Shown piece by piece: positions 1-12,860 of a stretch of DNA of 64,000 nucleotides. A program made the position numbers and the translations under genes. The notes under the pieces were generated by a model that saw only the letters and a list, made by a program, of their open reading frames with translations, was not told the DNA's origin and did not search any database. Every line of letters starts with the position of its first letter. Within the stretch, counting starts at the first letter, position 1. The stretch lies in contig NC_086097.1 of the NCBI RefSeq assembly GCF_963921235.1, positions 9,486,001-9,550,000 of the forward strand, in the 5' to 3' direction. The stretch comes from Mobula hypostoma. Lineage: Eukaryota.

Positions 1-419
1 TAGTTTCAAACATTTATAGTCACAGGTTATATCATTATTACCTTCCTCTGAGGTTTGGATACTCAAATCGTGTTTGACAAGAAGGTTGCTTTATTAATAC
101 AGGAGCTGACAATGGAACACAACCATTGTGTGCCTTATAATGGATTGAAGCTCACCTGTTAAAGAAGCTGGAAACAATTGTGTCATGGACATTTCTCAGA
201 GGAAGTTAATTTTCCTCCGGCATTGGCAACAGCCTTTACTTATAACAGCATGATATATTTTCTCTTTGACTTTCTCTTGTCCTTAATACTTACCTACTGA
301 GTGTCCATTATGCTGCTGTTGCTCAGGACCACAATGAAGTTCCTCTTATCCCTGCTGGTGTTCAGGGCTTCCTTCATGATGTCAGTAGCATCCTCTTGGA
401 TTTCACCTGTCAGAGGTTA

Positions 420-678
420 GCTCAACACCTTACAGTACGAACGACCCAGGTTCAATTGCTGCCGCTCCCTGTCAGGAGTTTTCCCTATGACCACATGGCT
501 TTCCTCCAGTTGCTCCAGCTTCCTCCCACAGTCCAAAGATGTACTGGTCGGTAAGGTTAATCAGTCATTGTAAATTGTCCCATAATTAGGCTAGGATTAA
601 ATTGGAGGATTGCTGGATGACGCAGCTCGAAGGGCTGGAAGAACTACACTGTACTGTATCTCAATAAAATAAATTAAA
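420..678 (+). mobile_element. tRNA-derived SINE, HE1/V-SINE-like
   Basis: B-box-like GGTTCAATTGC, central TTCCTCCCACAGTCCAAAGA...GGTTAAT...CATTGTAAATTGTCC block, and tail CTGTATCTCAATAAAATAAA. Several more copies occur in the window. Confidence 0.75.
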
Positions 679-757
679 GGCTGTGGGTGGAGACTCAGGA
701 ATACCATCGCACTCAGATGTAGAAGGAATGTCCATTGCTGTTTCCCTAACAGTTGTT

Positions 758-1295
758 AGAACATAGAACAATACAGCACAGTACAGGTCCTTCAGCCCAC
801 AATGTTGTGCTGACCCTCAAACCCTGCCTCCCATATAACCCCCCACTTTAAATTCCTCCATATACCTGTCTAGTAGTCTCTTAAACTTCACTAGTGTATC
901 TGCCTCCACCACTGACTCAGGCAGTGCATTCCATGCACCAACCACTCTCCGAGTAAAACACTTCCTCTAATATCCCCCTTGAACTTCCCACCCCTTACCT
1001 TAAAGCCATGTCCTCTTGTATTGAGCAGTGGTGCCCTGGGGAAGAGGCGCTGGCTATCCACTCTATCTATTCCTCTTATTATCTTGTACACCTCTATCAT
1101 GTCTCCTCTCATCCTCCTTCTCTCCAAAGAGTAAAGCCCTAGCTCCCTTAATCTCTGATCATAATGCATACTCTCTAAACCAGGCAGCATCCTGGTAAAT
1201 CTCCTCTGTACCCTTTCCAATGCTTCCACATCCTTCCTATAGTGAGGTGACCAGCACTGGACACAGTGCTCCAAGTGCGGCCTAACCAGAGTTTT
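758..1295 (-). mobile_element. CR1 LINE 3' fragment (ORF2 C-terminus and 3' UTR)
   Basis: ORF 891..1340 reads LVRPHLEHCVQCWSPHYRKDVEALERVQRRFTRMLPGL...LERRRMRGDMIEVYKI, with a (TTCTATG)-type tail. Nearly identical to 7490-8005 and 17040-17590. Confidence 0.92.
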
Positions 1296-1689
1296 AAAGC
1301 CTTCAGCTGAATCCCTGAACCTGGAGGCCTTGTGAACCACTATTCATCTGGCCTCTATCCTTCGACCTGTTTGGCATAGATGATCCAACCAACATCCAAA
1401 GCATAAAGTCTGACTCCAGCCAAAAAAACTACAAAAAAAACTAAATGTTGCCTTGGTGTTAAGGGAAGATAGTCTCACCTCTTTTCTAACATTCAGCATT
1501 TGTAAGCCAGATAGTTTGAAGGTAAAACTGGCTGAGAAGCAGCTTTCTTTGAATTTTATGGTCTTCAAAAAATTGCAGCAACAAAATAGGTGGGTTGAAA
1601 AACTAACTATATGTCCTTTGACCTTGCGTTCTTGATGCAATTTCTCTTCAGCATCTCAATGCCATTTTCAAAAGGAGAACTGAAAAATT

Positions 1690-2310
1690 TATCTTAAGTT
1701 GGTCAGTTCAGATTGGCAACAACATCTCCTCCATGATCTCCCTCAGCACAGACGCACCAGAAGGCTGTCCGCGTAGCCCCCTGCTCTTCTCGCCTTTACC
1801 AACCAGTAAGCACATCTGCATGAAACGCTGTCACAATAAAGTAGCGTCCTTCATCAGGGACCCCAGACAATCAAGGCATGTTCTCTTCTCATTTATGCCA
1901 ACATGAAGAAAGAAGTGAAGTTTCAGGACTCACAGCACCAGGTTCAGGAACAGTTACTACCCCTCATCCCTCTGATCTTGAAACAAGGGGGATTACTTCA
2001 CTCAACTTCACTTGCCCAATCATTGAAATGCTCCCACAACAAATGGACTCAATTTTAAGGACTCCTCATCCAATGTTTTCAATGCTTATTGCTTATTTAT
2101 TTATTATTATTATTTCTTTATTTTTGTATTTGCGAAGTTTGTTGTCTTCAGAATTCTGGTTGAACACCCAAGTAGGGCAATCTCTCATCGATTCTATTTT
2201 GGTTATTATTCTACAGATTTACTGAGTATGCTGACAAGAAAATGAATCTTAAGATTGTATATGGTGACATATATGCACTTTGACAATAATTTTACTTTGA
2301 ATGTTGATGT
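1690..2310 (+). mobile_element. Degraded Rex1/Babar-like LINE (RT piece and 3' end)
   Basis: Translates approximately VQIGNNISSMISLSTDAPEGCPRSPLLFS. The 3' end AAGAAAATGAATCT...TATATGGTGACATATATG...TTTACTTTGAA is shared with 39430-39510. Confidence 0.7.
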
Positions 2311-2859
2311 TTCTGGACACTTGGATTGCTGGGCCATATTGCTGGCAATTCTTGTATCTTGGAATCAAAATGGCTTCCAGTCTGTTTAACCTTCAGAATT
2401 CATGAGTGGAAGCATTCAGCTCATTAGACTTTTTGGTTGCATGTTCACTGTACAAGAATTAATTGTGTCTGCTTTGCACAGGCTTTTTTTTAAACAAAAA
2501 AATCAATTGTACGAACAGGATTTGTGTGGCCACAAAAAACTTTTAACACAGCAAATTCAGCCTGACATCCACTAGGATTTATTAGACAACTTGGTTTCTA
2601 ATCTTATCAGAGTGCCAATTATCACATTTGACTTTTTGTTAAAATTTAAATGACGGTGGGAGATGATGCACAGAACAATGTAGAGTTCCAGGTGTAACAT
2701 GGGAATTAAAATGAGCAGGGATAGAACCAGCTATTAGATTTCAACCAGTTTTTGTCCAATTAATATGGCACCCTTGCAGCACAGAGATAAAGACATTTTT
2801 AAGATATCCTCTAACATATTGTTATGTTTTCATTTAAGAATGAAGAGAAAGAAGTTATA

Positions 2860-3195
2860 TATTGTAACCAGAGAACTGATTATTAATTACAGATGGAAGA
2901 AACCGGAGGTCCATGAGCCAGTCCTCAACAGGAGATTGGAGACAAAGGAAGTCGGTAACTTGAAATTTCTTGGCGATATCACTTCAGAGGATCTGTCCTG
3001 GGACCTGGATGTAAGTTCCATCACAAAGAAGGCACAACAATATCTCTGCTATCTTAAAAGTTTGGCAAAATTTGACATGTCATCTAAAACTTTGACAAAC
3101 TTCTATAGGTGCACAATGGAGCACATCCTGTCTGATTGTTGAGTGGCCTGGCTTGGAAACACCAATGCCCTTGAATGGAAAATACTACAAAAAAT
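2860..3195 (+). mobile_element. Rex1/Babar-like LINE RT C-terminal fragment
   Basis: ORF 2765..3142 contains KFLGDITSEDLSW...ITKKAQQYLCYLKSL...TLTNFYRCTMEHILSDC. Confidence 0.8.
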
Positions 3196-3199
3196 TGAT

Positions 3200-4715
3200 G
3201 CAAAATGACTCATTTCATTGTATCTTGAAGGACAATGCTAGAAGTTAACTCAAGTGACTATTAGATGTGGAATATACCAGGGTGATGCATTATCTCTACA
3301 GCTGATCTTCATAGGCTTGAACCCCCTCAGCCAGATCATCTCAAAGATTGGTCCTAAAAAGCCAGCTGAATGGGAAGAACAAGATCAGAGCCATCAACAC
3401 ATTCGCCCTACCAGTCATCAGATACCCAGGCACATTAATATGCTACCCAAGGAATGAACTGGAAGCTGCTGATATCAAGACCTGGAAACTACTAACAATA
3501 CATGAAGGACTCCATCCAAAGTCCAATGTTGAGCAACTGTACACCCACTGAAATGAAGCAGGATGGGGACTTGGAAGTGTCAAGGCTACTGTCCTGGAAT
3601 AAATGTGAAGCATTCGTGAGAATATCAGAGAGGTGGTTCCTAGGGGAATTAAGGGTTATGAAGAAAAGGCAGGTAGGTGGTGATGAATCCATGACCAAAT
3701 CAGTCATGATCTTATTGAATGGCGGAGCAGGCTCGATGGGACGGGTGACCTACTCCTGCTCCTATTTCTTATGTTCTTTTGTTCTAAGGATGACCTGCTG
3801 GGAGAATACCTCAGACAGCAGGTAGGGGATATGGAAATGGAAATGGATGAAGCAGAGCCAGAGGACCAGAGGCCATGGCAGGACAAGCCACTGCACGGGA
3901 TGTACCATCACCAGATATCAGTGGAGGCTGTCAGAAAAAAAGTCCTACCAGTAGCAGGGGTGAGGGACAGCACAGAGGTGCAGCTCATGGCTGCATAAGA
4001 ACAGGTGCTGAGCACAACAGCAATAGAAGCAGGGGTCTATTGCACCAGACATAACCCAAAATTTATACTGTGCAAGGAGTCTGCTGAAACCAGCCAACAC
4101 ATAGTAGCGGGGTGCAAGATTCAGACAGGGACAGCATACACTGAATGGTACAACCAAATTGCAGGAATTGTGTATGGGAACATCTGTGCCGAGTATGGAT
4201 TGGACACTCCCAAGTCCAAATGGGAAAACCCAAGAAAATAGTGAAAAATGACAGAGATAAGATCCTGTGGCACTTACAAATGCAGACTGATAAGCAGGTA
4301 CTCGCCAGCCAACTGACATAGTAATACTGGGCAAGGAACAGCAGAAAGGACTTGTAATAGGTATGGCAATCCCATATGACAGTGACATCAGGAAGAGAGA
4401 ATATGAGAAGCTGGAGGTATACTAGGGTTTGAAAGAGCAGATAGAAAGGATGTGGAAGGTTAAAGCCAGAGTAATCCTGGAGGTGATAGTAGCACTTTGG
4501 AGCCGTGAATCCTGAACTGGGAGAGTGGCTCCAACAAATCCTGGGAACAACATCTGAGATATCAGCCCAGAAGAGCACACTACCAGGAACAACAAGGATA
4601 CTGCGCCAGACCTTCAAGCTCCCAGTCCTCTGGTAGAGAACTCGAGATTGAGGGAAAAATACACATACACACCACGCATAAGGAGTGAGAAAAAAAGAAA
4701 AAAATTAAATTAAAT
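3200..4715 (+). mobile_element. R4-clade (Rex6/Dong-like) non-LTR retrotransposon remnant with REL endonuclease, interrupted by a CR1 tail at about 3600-3783
   Basis: Motifs GIYQGDALS..LNPLSQII and KSQLNGKNKIRAINTFALPVIRY; CCHC-like LCKESAETSQHIVAGC; YNQIAGIVYGNIC; degenerate DIVI..IGMAIP REL region. Frameshifted and internally deleted. Confidence 0.8.
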
Positions 4716-5224
4716 AGGTATTGCGATGTACTGCTGCCGCAAAACCACTAATTTCACAACTTATGTCGGTGATACTAAACTTGATTCTAATTCTGATTCT
4801 GAAATAAAGGCATGGTTTGAGCAAGAAACATTGTTTATACAGACATTTCAATAAAGTGCATTGGTTTGGATGCATTTAAAAATGAGAGATATATGAAATA
4901 TCTCTCACAGTCCTGAATGACAAACATCAAGAAAAGCTGAGAGAACGCTTGATACGGGGCTGAGAGTTATAATGTCATAGACAACTGCAGCACAGAAACA
5001 GGCCCTTCGGCCCATCTAGATTGTGCCAAACCATTTAAACCGTGTAGACCCAACGACCTGTTCTGGGACCATAGCACTCCATACCCCTTTAATCCATGTA
5101 CTTATCCAAACTTCTCTTAGATGTTGAAAATGAGCTGGCATGCACTATCTGCGCTGGTATCTCGTTTCCTTGTTATTGTTGATTGAGGAAGATAATATAT
5201 GACAATAGCAGAGTGAATGGGGTT

Positions 5225-5520
5225 CAGTGTCATTATTTTAGTTTTAATTTATTCAGAGATGCAGTGCAACCCAACGAGATGTACCTCCCAGCAACCCACC
5301 TATTGAACACTAATCTAATCACAGGACAATTTACAATGACCAATTATCCTACTAACTGGTACATCTTTGGACTGTGGCTAGAAATCAGAGCACCCAGAAG
5401 AAAATCATGCCGTCACAGAGAGATTGTACAAATTCCTGACAGACGGCATTGGAATTGAACCCCAAACGTTGAACTCCAAATGTCCCAAGCTGTAATAACT
5501 ACACTACTGTGGTGCCCCAA
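5225..5520 (-). mobile_element. HE1/V-SINE-like SINE
   Basis: Reverse complement of the SINE core (GGACAATTTACAATGACCAATT...TCTTTGGACTGTGG) and B-box GGAATTGAACCC. Confidence 0.7.
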
Positions 5521-5524
5521 TTGT

Positions 5525-6062
5525 TCATAAAGACCATAAGACCATTAGGTATAGGAGCAGAATTAGGCCATTTGGCCCATCGAGTCTGCTCCACTATTTC
5601 ATTATGGCTGATCCATTCTCCCTCTCAGCCCCAATCTTCTGCCTTCTCTCCAAATCCCTTTCATGCCCTAACCAATTGAGAATCTATGAACCTCTGCCTT
5701 CAATATAACCAATGACTTGGCCTCCACAGCTGCCTGTGGCAATGAATTCCACAGACTCGTCACTCTCTGGCTAAAGAAATTCCCTCTCGTTTCTGTTCTA
5801 AAAGGGAGTCTTTCTATTCTGAGGCTGTGTCTTCTGGTCTTAGACCCATCCCCCACAACAGGAAACGTCCTCTCTACGTCCACTCCATTGAGGCCTTTCG
5901 CTATTTGATAGGTTTCAATGAGACCACCCTCATTTTTCTGAATTCCGGTGAGGTCCAGGCCTAGAGCCATCAAGCGCTCCTTATATTACAAGCCTTTCCA
6001 TCCTGGAATCATTTTCGTGAGCCTCCTTTGCACCTTCTCCAATGTCAGCACATCCTTTCTTC
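5525..6062 (-). mobile_element. CR1 LINE 3' fragment
   Basis: ORF 5668..5973 contains FFSQRVTSLWNSLPQAAVEAKSL; (CATAAGAC)n-type tail. Confidence 0.88.
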
Positions 6063-7149
6063 ATCTGTCAACTGTCGATTGTTTCAAAAGTCAACTTAAC
6101 TTTAGTATCATAGTACATATATGTTGCCATGTACTATACTCTCATGGGAAGGATGTAAAAACTTCTTAGAAACATCAGAATTGAACTCTGAACTCTGACA
6201 TCCTGAGCTGTCACACTAACCTTGCTGCTGAGCTGAGAAAGAGGAGTCTCATAGTGGTAGTGTGAGGCATTGAACCACCTCTACAAAGAGTCCTATCACA
6301 GATGCCCTGATTTTTTTTTTTGATTCTAGAATCCCAGTAGCAATTTCTAATAGCAATTTGTCTTTGGTTATAGCTTGTAATAAGATACTGGCGGAAGCTT
6401 CCCAAGCATTCATTTCCAACTCTGCTGTATTGAATCATCACTGACCTTTCGAACAAATCAAAGCATCTGATACATTTTTCATTAAATGCCTGATATAAAA
6501 GAAATCGTCAGCAGAGACAGCGGAATGAAGGGATTATTGCAAAGGGTCAAAGATATAGGAAGAAATGTAATTCCTTTCAATGACTTTCCCAGTGGGCTTA
6601 ACATTTTCTGTGATGTTCAGGATTTGTTAATAAAATGTTTGAAGAAACACTGTAGAAATTCAATAGCAGTCAAAACAAACTCAAAGGAAGCTGCAGTACT
6701 TTATGAAGCAGAAATTACTTCTATCTCCATCTGAAAATATAGGGAATTTCTTGGAAGGACAGGGGTGGAAATTGTAGCTGTCAATTTTATCAGCACCTCC
6801 CTGATTATTAATGATGGGCTGAATGCCCTAAACCTGCTCCTTTGTCTTATTGTCTGATGTTATAATCTATTGACTGTGCGATCAAGTGATAATCCTGCAG
6901 TTCTTCCGGGGAATTGGTGATGCGCTGCTTTCAGTGCTATGGAAATATCCCTCTACCGAATGAAAAAGATGTGAATTTTATTTTTTTTAGAACTAATTTT
7001 AATCTGTCTGGAAATCAAAAGCAACAAAAAAAGAGTTGTTGTTTCTTTACCCTCCCTTGTGATTATTTTAAAATCATAGGTCCAGTTGCTTCCTCCTGAG
7101 TGGAACACTTCTGGTTGCACTTGATAAACGCCCTTTGCCTTCAGCTTCA

Positions 7150-8290
7150 AATTCAGATTCATTAGTTTCATATACATCAGAACATACAGTGAAATGAACT
7201 ATTTTCTTTGACATCCAGCATGCCCAGTGATGTGTTTGAGACAACCTGTGAGTGTCTTCACACATTCTCATGCCAACATACAGAAGCATGCCCACAATGT
7301 TCTGTAGAACAACTCAAGTGACAACAATAACAACAAAACAACACAAAGAAGAGCTAAACGAGCCCCTTCTCATCCTGAAAACCCACCCACCATCTTATGG
7401 GCTGCAATACTAGGTGAGGCCTCCTTGCCTCTAGTCCTCGGTTCCAGACACCCTGAATCACATATATTGGGCTTCAGACTTCACACAGGACTCATCTCCA
7501 GTTCTGGTCACCTCACTATAGGAAGGATGTGGAAGCATTGGAAAGGGTACGAGGAGATTTACCAGGATGCTGCCTGGTTTAGAGAGTATGCATTATGATC
7601 AGAGATTAAGGGAGATAGGGCTTTACTCTTTGGAGAGAAGGAGGATGAGAGGAGACATGATAGAGGTGTACCAAATAATAAGAGGAATAGATAGAGTGGA
7701 TAGCCCAGTGCCTCTTCCCCAGGGCACCACTGCTCAATACAAGAGGACATGGCTTTAAGGTAAGGGGTGGGAAGTTCAAGGGGGATATTAGAGGAAGGTT
7801 TTTTATTCAGAGAGTGGTTGGTGCGTGGAATGCACTGCCTGAGTCAGTGGTGGAGGCAGATACACTAGTGAAGTTTAAGAGACTACTAGACAGGTACATG
7901 GATGAATTTAAGGTGAGGGCTTATATGGAAGGCAGGGTTTGAGGGTCGGCACAACATTGTGGGCCGAAGGGCCTGTACTGTGCTGTACTATTCTATGTTC
8001 TATGTCTTTTTGTGGTTTGATCTTCGGGCCTTGACTTCTGGACATGTACGGACCTTCTGCCCTGGTGTTCCAGACACTTGTGACTTATTTACACTGTCAT
8101 AGCTCCTTCAGGCCTCCTACTTTAGGTTTTCAACATCCAGGCTTCTGCTTTCTCCTTGCCATGCTCTGTACTTCAACCGTTGGCTTTGCCCTCTGGTCGT
8201 CATTGGGTTTTGACTTTTGGGCCTAGACTTCCAGACCCAAATGGACCTCAGCTTATGGATTGCACAGATCTCCACAGACTCCATGGATCA
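7150..8290 (-). mobile_element. Non-coding LINE-tailed repeat (related to 62560-62915), split by a CR1 insertion
   Basis: 7150-7400 resembles the reverse complement of 62700-62915 by eye. No ORF; the boundaries are uncertain. Confidence 0.4.
7490..8005 (+). mobile_element. CR1 LINE 3' fragment (young subfamily)
   Basis: MLPGLESMHYDQRLREIGLYSLERRRMRGDMIEVYQII, with tail TTCTATGTTCTATG. Confidence 0.92.
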
Positions 8291-8962
8291 AATAGTATCA
8301 CCTACACTTCTCCCTTCCTGGGATGATGATAGTAGATCAGGATCCAATGTGTTTATGAAAAATGCCTTGGAAAAGCTGGGCATCAGTACCTGGCACTTGT
8401 CTACCTGGATGAGTTCACCCAGAATAATACAGCCACTTTATCAAATGTACATAGCTTAAGCACTATGTATTGATCTGTTGTCTGTGCATGCACATTGTTT
8501 GCCCTCTCTCGCTGCAATGTGAATACACCAGATAAAGCCATCTCCCACATCCATGCTTTTATATAATTGATATGTAGCTGTGCACAGACACGACAAATTG
8601 GCGAAGAGTATAAATCTGAATGTCCGAGAATATCACGAATCGCACTGAAATTCTGGGATGAAACAGCAAGAGTTAGACAGTAAGCCAAAGGACACGTACA
8701 AAGGAATGCGTGAATAATAGTGAAAGACACGCTGAATTTAAAGTGAAAAAACTTTAAGTTGGCTTAAGTAGGGAAAGTTAACGAATTTTATAGTGTTATT
8801 GAGGGTCGGGAGTTGAATATTGAGAGGGTGGAACTGTATTGTAATGCGAACAACGAGGAGCAAAGAAAGCCACTATGTTTCTTAGCTTATGGGCTGAAGA
8901 ACGTGCAGTCTTTTACATGAATTAGTAACCTTTGAAAAGCCAGCAGGTAAGACATTTGACAA

Positions 8963-9187
8963 CACACATAAAAATTGCTGGTGAATGCAGCAGGCCAGGC
9001 AGCATCTATAGGAAGAGGTACAGTTGACGCTTCGGGCCGAGAGCCTTCGTCAGTCCTAACGAAGGGTCCCGGCCCGAACCGTCGACTGTAGCTCTTCCTA
9101 TAGATGCTGCCTGGCTGCTGCATTCACCAGCAATTTTTATGTGTGTTGCTTGATATTCCAGCATCTGCAGATTTCCCCGTGTTTGCG
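8963..9187. mobile_element. Penelope-derived fold-back mini-element inserted in Gypsy gag
   Basis: Imperfect palindrome centred on CTTCGTCAGTCCTAACGAAG plus the CCAGCATCTGCAG tail. Diverged TSD: AAGACATTTGACAA (8949-8962) and AAGACACTCGACAA (9188-9201). Confidence 0.85.
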
Positions 9188-11369
9188 AAGACACTCGACA
9201 AAATTGTTACAATTTTACAAGATCACCTGAGCCCTAAACTGCTGGTTATTGCTGAGCGATTTAGAATTTATAATAGGAACCAGTCAAAAGATGAAAGCAT
9301 TTCTGAACACATTGCAGAACTGTGCAAACTTTCCCAATACTTTGACTTTAGAGATGGACTTTCTTATGCATTAAAGGACAGGCTTGTATGTGGCATGAAT
9401 AGTCAAAACACTCAAAATAGACTACTGTCCAAAAGAAACCTGACCTTAGAAAGGACATTGACCATTGCTTTATCATTAGAGACTACAGCAAAGGATGCCG
9501 CAGAACTACAGATGTCCCTGAATGGTGCAAAAAGCCAGTGATGTTATCGAAGTGGAATCATCCCATGATGCAAATGACTATTGGTTCAAGAAAAAAGTTT
9601 GCAGAAAGTATCACAGACAAGATCACATAGAGAGAATGTGCAAGGCAGACCGAGTGAAAAGCTCAAGCACAAAACTAAGCAAATGCATAAAGTTGCTGAA
9701 TGTAAAACAGAATAACAGAATCAGACAACATAGAATCTGACAAAGGTGGACTGTCATGTCTAGAGCTGCACAGTATTACTGAGGCAGATCACAAAATTAT
9801 TTGGATCACAATAGATGTGTCTGCTGTAAAATGAAGCTGGATACAGGGTCAGCTTTGTCCACAATTCCAGAGGCTGACCACAACAGAATATTTTCTAAAA
9901 TACCATCAGAGAAGACCTCAGTGATGCTAAAGACTTACACAGGTTAGAAAGTGTCTCCCAAAAGGAAACTGAAAGTAAATGTGATGGATAGAGGCCAAAC
10001 ACAACATTTAGAGCTTTAAGTGTTGAAAAGTAGAGAGCCAGCACTTTTCAGATGTCAATGTTTGAGAAAAACTAGAGTGGCACTCAATCAAAGCTCTCAG
10101 TGTGGCATCAACAAGCAACAGCAGCCCAAATGGTAACACTAACCAGAGACAGGCGCAACTGCTTAATGCCAATCAGAAGGTGTTTCAGAAGGGAATAAAT
10201 TAACAGATTGAAAACTCGGCTAAGAGCTGTGCAGGATGCCAAAAAGTTCAAAACATACCCCCACAGGCACCATTACACCCATAGGAATGGCCGTGTTCAC
10301 CATGGCAAAGAGTAACTATTGACTTTTCTGGGCCATTCATGGACTCTATATTTCTGATTGCTGTAGATGCTCACTTGAAATGGCTGGAGGTTACACCAAT
10401 GAAGTCAACCACGTCAGCAAAGGTTGTCTCTACTCTGAGGACTACCTTCACCAGAAATGCTTACTAGAACAAATTGTGAGTGACAACAGACCACAACACA
10501 CATTAGAAGAATTTCAACTGTTCATGAAGAAACAATAGCATAAGACATGTCTAGTCAGCTCCTCACCACCCAGCAAGAAGTGGTTTAGCTAAAAGGTTTA
10601 TTCCAACTTTCAAGAAGTCTATTAAAATGATGGACAAGGAAGACATTTCTCTACAGCACAAGGTGGACAACTTCCTTTTCGCGTATCGTAACGCTGTTCA
10701 TATGACAACAAATCAAACACCTGCAATGCTGATCATAAACAGGAATCTGGAAATTTGCATGAACTTCCTGAAACCAGATCTACAGAGGGAAGTGCAGAAT
10801 AAACAGCTCAGTTGCCAAGTGAAATAACAAGAAGCTTTGAGATTAGACAGGAAGTCCTAGCGTGTGATTACTGAGAAGACAAATGGACACTTAGTAGGAT
10901 AGCTACAAGAACTGGACCTCTGATGTACACAGTGGATATTGGAGATCAGACATGGAGACGTCATATGGACCAGATACTTGATGCTCAGCCGAAGAACACA
11001 CCAGTGTTGACTGCCTACAACAAGACGGACACATTCCAGTTACCGGACTTGCCTATCAGTGATGACAACACAAACCGAGAACTTTGTCTCAGAGAAGCCA
11101 CCTACAAAACTTGACGCCACTCCACGCGACGACGAGAACATTATCGTTGACAAGACACCTGCCAGACCTGAAGCCATTCCACAGGTCCAGAGGCACTATT
11201 CTGAAAGAAACAGAGTGCCATCCAAAAGACTGAACCTGCAGAATTTTGAAGTTAGTTATAAGCTGTTATTGTGAAAGCAAGTTTATTTGGAATATGGGTT
11301 TACGAAAGGGAATTTGAATGTTTTGTACATATACTGCTTTATATTGCATTAATCTAAAGAGGGAGGAAG

Positions 11370-11552
11370 TGTAATTTATGGATCTATTTCTTTAACGCCA
11401 TTGACCCCCCCTTAGCATTAAGCGTTGATCTGTTGTCTGTGTATGCGCATTGTTTGCCCGCTCTCTTGTTGCAATGTGAATACACCAGTTAAAGTCATCT
11501 CCTGCGTACGTGCTTTTATTTAATTGATACGTAGTTGTGCACAGACACAACA
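11370..11552 (+). repeat. 3' LTR of the Gypsy element (183 bp)
   Basis: Starts TGT directly after the polypurine tract and ends ACA. Its 3' ~140 bp is repeated at about 8455-8595. Confidence 0.85.
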
Positions 11553-11624
11553 TAAACCACTATTAACATTAAACAATATTATAGCAGAACTTGTTAAGCA
11601 TACGTTTTGCTCTAATAATATCAC

Positions 11625-12090
11625 CATAAAACCAAAAGACATACATTAGGAGCAGAATTAAGCTATTCAACCCATCAAGTCTGCTTTGCCATTCTATCAT
11701 GGTTGATCTAACATCCCTCTAAGACTCATTCTTCTGCCTTCTTCCTATAATCTTTGATTCCCAGATTAATCAAGAACCTGTCAACCTCCACTTTAAATAT
11801 ACCCAGTGATTTGGCCTCCACAGCATCTGCGGCAATGAATTCCACAGCTTCACCACCCTATGGCTAAAGAAATTCCTTCTCATCTCTGTTCTAGTTGGAT
11901 GTCCCTCCTTTCTGAGGCTGCAAACCCTGGTCCAAGATTCCTCTACTGTAGGAAACATCCATTCTCTCTAGGCCTTCCAATATTCCATAAGATTCTATGA
12001 GATCCCACCACATCCTTCTGAGCTCCAGCAAGTGCAGGCTCAGAGCCACCAAACACTTCTCATATGTTAATGATGAATATCCTTGACTGT
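11625..12090 (-). mobile_element. CR1 LINE 3' fragment
   Basis: EMRRNFFSHRVVKLWNSLPQ and LELRRMWWDLIESY. Confidence 0.85.
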
Positions 12091-12114
12091 CATGCAATCT
12101 TAAGACAAAGGTAA

Positions 12115-12860
12115 ATCAAAATCAGAATCAGGCTTAATATCATTGGTATTTCTCATGAAATTTGTTATTTTGTGGAAGAATGACATTACGATATGTAATA
12201 ATGAAAGTCATGCAAAAAAATATAAAATAGTGAGGTAGTCTACATGGGTTCATTGTCCATTCAGAAATTGGTTGGTGGAGGGGAAGAAGCTGTTCCAGAA
12301 ATGCTGAGTGTGTCTCTCTTCAGACTCCTGTACCTCCTCCTTGATCGCAGCAATGAGAAGAGAGCATGACCTGGGTGGCTGGTGTCCCTGATGGTAGATG
12401 CTGCTTTCCTGTGACAGTGCTCCAGGTAGATGTGCTCAGTGGAAGGCTTTATCCATGAGGGACTGGGGTGTTTCCACCACTTTTTGAAGGATTCTTCATT
12501 CAAGGGCATTGGTATTTCCGTACCAGGCTGTATTCAGGAGGTACCATCAGGCAGGAGTACTGTAGCATTAGGACAAGAACTGTTAGGGTGGGAAACATCT
12601 TCTCCTCCCAAGGCCGTGAGGCTACTGGACTCCCTGCCACCACACACTCATGAAGCACCAGTTGCATTGTACCGTTCACTTTTTAAGTTGTTTGGTAAAT
12701 ACACTTTATAATTTGATCAGTTATTTGTGGTAACATTATTTTACATGTTGTGTGTGTGAGTTCATATGTACTGTGTTGTGAACCTGGGTCCAGGGGAACG
12801 TTATTTTGTTTGGTGGTAATGTCATATGGTTGATTGACAATAATATAAACTTGAACTTAC
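12115..12860. mobile_element. Rex1/Babar-like 3' fragments (minus 12115-12530, plus 12530-12860)
   Basis: CHRKAASTIRDTSHPGHALFSLLRSRRRYRSL on the minus strand; PSGRST..FFPKAVRLL-like on the plus strand. Confidence 0.7.

Larger units (their letters stand above)
8455..11552 (+). mobile_element. Gypsy LTR retrotransposon, internally deleted (gag, protease, integrase; RT/RNase H missing)
   Basis: Partial 5' LTR about 8455-8595 followed by PBS-like TGGCGAAGAG. Gag IAERFRIYNRNQSKDESISEHIAEL...LKDRLVCG. Protease MKLDTGSALSTI at about 9831. Integrase PWQRVTIDFSGPF..LIAVDAHLKW..IVSDN..FLFAYRNAVH. PPT AAAGAGGGAGGAAG at 11356-11369, then 3' LTR TG...CA at 11370-11552. Confidence 0.9.

Noticed and set aside
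6486..6734. 82-aa ATG ORF in unique sequence
   Set aside because: No recognisable homology or splice context; the length is compatible with chance.
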